Positions 27,344-32,717 of a stretch of DNA of 32,717 nt are shown piece by piece (the first letter of the stretch is position 1; each line of letters opens with the position of its first letter). The position numbers were made by a program, and so were the translations under genes. Under the pieces are notes generated by a model, which saw only the letters and a program-made list of their open reading frames with translations, ran no database searches and was not told the DNA's origin. This DNA is from Candidatus Obscuribacterales bacterium (GTDB taxonomy: Bacteria > Cyanobacteriota > Cyanobacteriia > Cyanobacteriales > Microcoleaceae). The DNA lies in the NCBI GenBank assembly GCA_036703685.1, contig DATNRE010000666.1:1-32717 (forward strand). Direction: 5' to 3'.

Positions 27344-28753
27344 TTAGGAGAACATAAAGGTCGTGCTGGGTGAATTAATAATGTTGCTGCTGATGTCGGC
27401 TTCGGTAAAGGTGGTATTCCCCAACACCACTAAAATTTGACCGGTTCCAAAGCCGGTGTTGCCCGAAATGCCATCTCCGACTCGGAATTGAGTATTGCCA
27501 TTCACAATACGCACATCAATATCTTCAATATCACTGAAGGAAAGAAAGTCTTTTGCCGTTCCAGTTCCGGTTACAAATCCGTTAATTCGGTCTTGACCAT
27601 CACCATTACGGTACATAAAGGTATCGTTGCCCCCACCCCCACTCAGGGTGTCATTGTCTGCACCCCCGTCCATATAATCATTTCCCCCAAGTCCGGTAAG
27701 GGTGTCGTTGCCTTCTAAACCGAAGATATTATCTTTCTCACTTGTCCCGGTTATCGAATCAGCAAGGGAAGTTCCTAATGTCAGACCAATGGCATCGACG
27801 GCGATCGCACCGGTTAGATCGGCTCCGGCAAAGATGGCATTAGTAAAGTCACCTTTGGATAGGTCAGCATTTCTCAAATTGGCATTGGTGAAATTAGCTC
27901 CAATGGCAAGTCCGTTAATAAATACCCCTTCTGCATCGGCTTGGGTGAAGTTCGCCCCACTCAAATCGGTTTGATCAAATTTTGCGCCCGTTAGGGTGGT
28001 CACCGTGTTACCCGAAGGGCTAAAATCACTCCCGGTTAAAATGGCATCATCGATAATGAAGTTGGTTAAATCTGCACCCCGAAACTTGATATTTGCCATT
28101 TGTCCGGGTTCGAGTGGGGCGTCACTGATGATCACACCACTGAAATTAGCCCGGTCAAAGATGGTGTTTTGCCAGGTTATATCGGTAAAGTTGGTTAGCC
28201 GAAAATCCGCACCGGTGGCATTCACATTGCTCAATAGGGTCGCTTCTAGGCTTGCTCCTTGCAAATTAGCATTGACTAAGGTGGCATCGGTTAATTCAGA
28301 TGCTTTTAAATTAGCCTCGGATAAATCAGCCCCGGTCAAGTTGGCTGCGGTCAAGTTGGGTCGCTCGGATTGTTCGCCACTGATATTCGCTTTGTGCAGA
28401 TTAGCATTAGTCAGGTTGGCGTTGGATAAATTAATCACTTTTGTGTCGATCAAGGACATATTGGCTTGTCTGAGATCCGCACCACTAAGATTGACATTTT
28501 CTAATGTTGCTAGGGATAAATTGACAGGGGAGCTAAAGTTAGTATTAGGGGCAAAGATTGCTTGACTAGCGTTAACACCAATCCAAGAAGATTCGGAAAA
28601 ATTAGTTCCTCGGAGTTGGGTGCGAGTTCCTGAACTATTGGGGTCGAATCGGACATTTTCCAGTCGGGCTTTGAAAAAGGTGGAACCGTTGAGATTTTCA
28701 CCTCGGAAGTTGTTTCCGACTAAGTTTTGTTCTGCAAAATTTAAGGCGGCCAT
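27344..28753 (-). CDS. Pentapeptide-repeat protein with C-terminal RTX repeats
   Basis: About 320 aa of A(D/N)LxX repeats, then [35 protein letters not shown] and a C-terminal domain. Confidence 0.92.
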   Translation of the reverse strand: MAALNFAEQNLVGNNFRGENLNGSTFFKARLENVRFDPNSSGTRTQLRGTNFSESSWIGVNASQAIFAPNTNFSSPVNLSLATLENVNLSGADLRQANMSLIDTKVINLSNANLTNANLHKANISGEQSERPNLTAANLTGADLSEANLKASELTDATLVNANLQGASLEATLLSNVNATGADFRLTNFTDITWQNTIFDRANFSGVIISDAPLEPGQMANIKFRGADLTNFIIDDAILTGSDFSPSGNTVTTLTGAKFDQTDLSGANFTQADAEGVFINGLAIGANFTNANLRNADLSKGDFTNAIFAGADLTGAIAVDAIGLTLGTSLADSITGTSEKDNIFGLEGNDTLTGLGGNDYMDGGADNDTLSGGGGNDTFMYRNGDGQDRINGFVTGTGTAKDFLSFSDIEDIDVRIVNGNTQFRVGDGISGNTGFGTGQILVVLGNTTFTEADISSNIINSPSTTFMFS

Positions 28754-28872
28754 AGATGCAAGTCTCCAGAAAAGTTTAAGGGATTGAGAAATATTTGAAA
28801 CTCATCTTTAAGGTTTTCGGTTAAAGAATGAGTGGGATTAAGTTTTTAGGACAAGTAACCGCTTTTTTTTGA

Positions 28873-29250
28873 TTACGAGAACAGAAAACTAAGTTTGTTG
28901 GTTGTATCAATGTTTTTGTTGATCTTGGCTGGGGTCAAAGGGGTGTTAACCAGGGTGATTAACAGTTTCCCTTATCTGAAACTAGGGTTTCCAGCAATGT
29001 GATCACCGACTTAAATTTGTGTATTGCCGTTGAAGACCAGCACATCAATTCAGACGCTATTCGGAGTAAAGATCGCTCTCCGAGCATCTACATTGAATAT
29101 CGTTGCTTGTTTAAAGTTAGTGACTCTTAAAGCTGTTTCAACACATTAGACATTATTAAGTTAAGCCTTAAAAAATGTTGATCCATTGAGGTTTAGATCA
29201 CTATGGTCGTTGGCTGTAAGTCATTGCTCTCTTGATTTGAATGTAGGCAT
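28873..29250 (-). pseudogene. Internally deleted pseudogene paralogue of the pentapeptide-RTX gene
   Basis: A single frame of 126 codons with 6 internal stops. NLNGSTFFKA, LRVTNF and AIFTPN match the neighbour's N-terminus. IDVLVFNGNTQI*VGDHIAGN...FLFS* matches its C-terminus. Confidence 0.88.
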
Positions 29251-29532
29251 TTTGAACTCTTTTTTGTTAAAGTTTTTGCAAAAAAATGGGTACATAAAAT
29301 TGGCGTAAAGCAAAAATTTGCCTGCACCAACAAACAGGATGGTATCAATTAAAACCAGTAACTGTTACTCAGTAGCAATTGTTTTCTGAGCTAAATTAAA
29401 AGTATAAGAAAATTCTTATGTTGTCAAACTTGCGATCAAACTATCCGGATGATTTTACAGAACTTTTACAAAAATGAGGGGTTAAGATTTAATTAAGACC
29501 GTTAATTTATCCGTACAAGTATCGAGCCACAG

Positions 29533-29559
29533 AATTTTATATCAATTTGATATAAAATT
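29533..29559. promoter_or_regulatory. Perfect 27-bp AT-rich palindrome (candidate operator)
   Basis: AATTTTATATCAA-T-TTGATATAAAATT. Confidence 0.55.
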
Positions 29560-29562
29560 TCC

Positions 29563-29617
29563 GTAGAGAGACGCGCCAATAGCCGACGGCATGGCTGCGC
29601 TCACCGCACGTCTCTAC
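29563..29617. repeat. REP-like GTAGAG(AG)ACG...CGTCTCTAC element with a nested short insert
   Basis: The same family as 10545-10568, but with about 25 extra nt in the loop. Confidence 0.7.
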
Positions 29618-29741
29618 GCTAAAATCTGTTTTAACGGGTTAATGAAGATTGAAAAGGGCTGATAAAATTGCGAACTCTTTGCCCAAATCGGCAAAACAAT
29701 ACGCTACAATCAAGGATTTAGCACTACTGACTGAACTTGCT

Positions 29742-30896
29742 ATGCCTCAAACCTCCTCAACCCAGACTCTAATATCCACTTCGGTTGTGAGTTTAAATAT
29801 TGCCCCGGCCCAAGTTTTGCGCGGCAATAACGCCTTAACACAAGCAGGAGAGGCGATCGCAGGCTTTGGTCAACGACCCTTAATTATTGGGGGCGATCGC
29901 TCCTTACCCCTCACCGTCCAAGCTCTACAACCGATTTTAGAACGTCATCAACTCCAATATTCTCAAGTGTCCTACGGGGCTGACTGTAGCGAAACGAGCT
30001 TAACCGCCCTACGTCAAGCTGTTAGTAACCATAAAGCAGATTTTATTATCGGGACGGGCGGCGGAAAAGCCCTCGATGCAGCCAAACTGATCGCCCATCA
30101 ATGCCATCTCCCCATCGTGACTATTCCTACTTCTGGGGCAACCTGCGCCGCTTGGACAGCCCTTTCTAATGTCTATTCCGAGGATGGGGCGTTTTTATAT
30201 GATGTCAGTTTAGCCCGTTGTCCCGATTTATTGATTTTGGACTATACCTTAATTCAGACTGCTCCTCAACGGATGTTAGTGGCTGGCATTGGAGATGCGA
30301 TCGCTAAATGGTATGAAGCCTCCGTCAGCAGTGGACATTCCGATCAAACCTTCATGATCGCTGCGGTACAACAGGCGCGAGTCCTGCGAGATATTCTATT
30401 CCAAAAATCCCTAACCGCCCTACAAGACAACGGTGGCGAAACCTGGCGGGAAGTGGTCGATGCAACGGTATTACTCGCCGGAGTTATTGGCGGTATTGGG
30501 GGCGCCCAATGTCGCACCGTAGCGGCCCATGCGGTTCATAATGGCTTAACCCATGTGGCGGCCAGTCATGGGACTTTACACGGGGAAAAAGTCGCCTTTG
30601 GGATTTTAGTGCAACTGCGTTTAGAGGAAATGGTACAGGGCAACCAACTCGCGGCCACTGCTAGACAACAATTATTAAAGTTTTACACCGATTTAGGTTT
30701 ACCCCAAACCCTGAATGATTTGGGGATGGGAGAAATTACCTTAGCCCAACTGCGACAAGCCGCCGATGTTGCCTGTAATGAGCATTCTGATATTCACCGT
30801 TTACCCTTTAAAGTGGTTCCCGAACAGTTAATGGCCGCCATGGTATCAACCACAGCCCCCATCGTTGAAGTTAAACTGAAGAATTCAACTCCTTAA
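29742..30896 (+). CDS. Iron-containing alcohol dehydrogenase family, glycerol dehydrogenase-like
   Basis: IGTGGGKALDAAK, IPTSGATCAAW, AGIGDAIAKWYEA, AAHAVHNGLT and LHGEKVAFG. The ATG at 29742 is preferred to the TTG at 29649. Confidence 0.9.
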   Translation: MPQTSSTQTLISTSVVSLNIAPAQVLRGNNALTQAGEAIAGFGQRPLIIGGDRSLPLTVQALQPILERHQLQYSQVSYGADCSETSLTALRQAVSNHKADFIIGTGGGKALDAAKLIAHQCHLPIVTIPTSGATCAAWTALSNVYSEDGAFLYDVSLARCPDLLILDYTLIQTAPQRMLVAGIGDAIAKWYEASVSSGHSDQTFMIAAVQQARVLRDILFQKSLTALQDNGGETWREVVDATVLLAGVIGGIGGAQCRTVAAHAVHNGLTHVAASHGTLHGEKVAFGILVQLRLEEMVQGNQLAATARQQLLKFYTDLGLPQTLNDLGMGEITLAQLRQAADVACNEHSDIHRLPFKVVPEQLMAAMVSTTAPIVEVKLKNSTP

Positions 30897-31148
30897 CTCT
30901 ATATTAGGAAAGAGGGAACAGGGAATGGGGAAATACTAAAGACCCCTACCCTGAGTCCTAGACAAACTGCGATATCAGAATTAAGAATTGAGACACGAAG
31001 GAAAAAAGTAGACCCAATCAGGGGACAATAAAGAATCACCCATTAGGGCTAGAGATTGAATTATTTGGATTCATTTTCCAAACCTTAAATTAAGAAGGGA
31101 TTTTTTTCCGTAACAAAACCTATAGTTTTAACCTCACATTATCGACCA

Positions 31149-32336
31149 ATGACATTAGATTGGATTAGCCCTGCTGACCGGATACAAGCCTTACCTCCCT
31201 ATGTTTTTGCCCGTTTAGATGAATTGAAAGCCCGAGCCCGTCAACAGGGCTTAGATCTCATTGATTTGGGTATGGGAAACCCCGACGGGGCAACCCCGCA
31301 ACCGGTGGTTGACGCTGCAATTCAAGCCCTACAAAATCCGGCAAATCATGGCTATCCACCCTTTGAAGGGACAGCTAATTTTAGACTCGCAATTACTAAT
31401 TGGTATCACCGTCGCTATGGTGTTTCCCTCGACCCCAATGGCGAAGCCTTACCCCTATTAGGGTCAAAAGAGGGATTAGGTCATTTGGCTTTAGCCTATA
31501 TTAATCCGGGGGATTTAGTCTTAGTCCCGAGTCCTTCCTATCCCGTACATTTTCGCGGGCCGATTATTGCCGGGGGAAAGGTTCACTCTATTATTTTGAA
31601 ACCGGAAAATAACTGGTTAATTGATTTAGGTTCGATTCCTGATTCTGTGGCTGAACAAGCTAAAATTCTCTATTTTAATTATCCCAGTAATCCCACGGGT
31701 GCCACCGCCCCGCGAGAATTTTTTGAAGAAATTGTTGCCTTTGCCCATAAATATCAAATTCTGCTGGTTCACGATTTATGTTATGCCGAATTAGCCTTTG
31801 ACGGTTATCAACCGACCAGTTTATTAGAAATTCCGGGCGGAAAGGAAATTGGAGTAGAATTCCACACCATGTCTAAAACCTATAATATGGCGGGTTGGCG
31901 GGTGGGATTTGCCGTGGGAAATTCTAAGGTTTTACAGGGGTTAAGAACCTTAAAAACTAATTTAGATTATGGCGTATTTTCGGCTTTACAGGCGGCCGCA
32001 GAAACGGCTTTAAGTTTACCGGATTCTTACCTGAAAGAAGTGCAAGAACGCTATTGCACCCGGCGAGATTTTCTGATTAAAGGTTTAGCAGAATTGGGCT
32101 GGACTGTGCCTAAAACCTTGGCTACAATGTATTTATGGGTTCCCTGTCCTCCGGGGATGAATTCCACCGATTTTGCCCTAACGGTTTTACAACAAACGGG
32201 TGTGGTTTTTACCCCAGGAAATGCCTTTGGTATGGGGGGAGAAGGCTATTTTAGAATTAGTTTAATTGCAGATTGCGATCGCTTGGGAGAAGCTTTAAAC
32301 CGCTTAAAAGATGCTAATATTCGGTATCAACCCTAA
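31149..32336 (+). CDS. Class I/II PLP-dependent aminotransferase (aspartate/LL-DAP aminotransferase-like)
   Basis: LPPYVFA, DLGMGNPD, GSKEG, NYPSNPTG, HDLCY and SKTYNMAGWRVG. Confidence 0.93.
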   Translation: MTLDWISPADRIQALPPYVFARLDELKARARQQGLDLIDLGMGNPDGATPQPVVDAAIQALQNPANHGYPPFEGTANFRLAITNWYHRRYGVSLDPNGEALPLLGSKEGLGHLALAYINPGDLVLVPSPSYPVHFRGPIIAGGKVHSIILKPENNWLIDLGSIPDSVAEQAKILYFNYPSNPTGATAPREFFEEIVAFAHKYQILLVHDLCYAELAFDGYQPTSLLEIPGGKEIGVEFHTMSKTYNMAGWRVGFAVGNSKVLQGLRTLKTNLDYGVFSALQAAAETALSLPDSYLKEVQERYCTRRDFLIKGLAELGWTVPKTLATMYLWVPCPPGMNSTDFALTVLQQTGVVFTPGNAFGMGGEGYFRISLIADCDRLGEALNRLKDANIRYQP

Positions 32337-32345
32337 GCTCCTCTG

Positions 32346-32397
32346 CCGTTGTTGGGCTTTAGCCCCTCTTTCAAGAAGTGCCCAAGCACAACAACGG
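32346..32397. repeat. REPIN-like inverted doublet (possible terminator)
   Basis: Outer inverted repeat CCGTTGTTG/CAACAACGG enclosing the mini-hairpins GGGCTTTAGCCC and GTGCCCAAGCAC. Confidence 0.6.
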
Positions 32398-32441
32398 TAA
32401 AACAACGGGAAAGGTATTAATATTATGAATAATTATTGAAT

Positions 32442-32717
32442 ATGGATCATGAAAATAATCTAAATTTATGTAATTTTGTTGCTCAAGAAATCAAGGAAAA
32501 TCCTCAAAATAGAATTACTTTTGCTGATTATATGAACTGGGTTTTATATCACCCAGAATATGGATATTATAGTATCAATAAACCCAAATTAGGCACGGAA
32601 GGGGATTTTGTTACTTCTCCCTATTTAGGGTCGGATTTTGGGGAAATGTTAGCGGAACAATTTTTCCAAATGTGGGAAATTCTGGATTGTCCTAACGCCT
32701 TTACTTTAGTAGAAATG
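32442..32717 (+). CDS. MidA/NDUFAF7-family SAM methyltransferase, N-terminal part (runs off the window; not in the ORF track)
   Basis: Manual translation gives ITFADYMNWVLYHPEYGYYS...GTEGDFVTSP...FGEMLA...FTLVEM. Confidence 0.88.
   Translation, partial: MDHENNLNLCNFVAQEIKENPQNRITFADYMNWVLYHPEYGYYSINKPKLGTEGDFVTSPYLGSDFGEMLAEQFFQMWEILDCPNAFTLVEM

Noticed and set aside
26545-28701. Alternative-frame and antisense ORFs over the RTX and pentapeptide genes
   Set aside because: Shadows of repetitive coding sequence with biased codon content.
29454-29472. TTTACAGA/TTTACAAA direct repeat as an HLR1 (RpaB) site
   Set aside because: The period is 11 bp rather than the 10 bp of HLR1, and the surroundings are AT-rich.
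2632-31461. Other short overlapping ORFs (2632-2937, 2991-3203, 11933-12178, 13685-13903, 20355-20537, 25008-25247, 31261-31461)
   Set aside because: Each lies largely within a well-supported gene in another frame or strand and shows no independent coding signal.

Overview
A 32.7 kb AT-rich chromosomal window from a cyanobacterium, probably a filamentous Oscillatoriales/Planktothrix-like one. That taxonomy is inferred from at least 11 HIP1 octamers, heptameric tandem repeats, ycf51, hpsL and phycobilisome-family genes. Gene order: purine catabolism (uraD fragment, guaD) interrupted by a VapBC-type toxin-antitoxin pair; SH3/YkuD protein, ycf51, stomatin, acyltransferase-3, larC, Sua5/YciO; a MocR regulator with an inverted-repeat operator candidate; three c-di-GMP enzymes around a MAPEG gene and an isolated hpsL; a large-serine-recombinase homologue lacking its catalytic residues, coupled to a VOC gene; a stand-alone phycobiliprotein-like + linker-domain gene pair; two tandem FtsH4-type proteases; a SAM methyltransferase; an RTX protein, a pentapeptide-RTX fusion and an unannotated internally deleted pseudogene paralogue of that fusion; a glycerol-dehydrogenase-like enzyme, an aminotransferase and a partial MidA/NDUFAF7 gene. 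No rRNA, tRNA, CRISPR array or intact transposase was seen. The best candidates for undescribed biology are the phycobiliprotein-like/linker pair (whose linker has a His/Cys motif and a tail resembling ISKra4 N-terminal ORFs), the apparently domesticated recombinase, and CRP-like boxes upstream of a pseudo-receiver diguanylate cyclase. All family assignments come from motif recognition by eye; no database searches were run.
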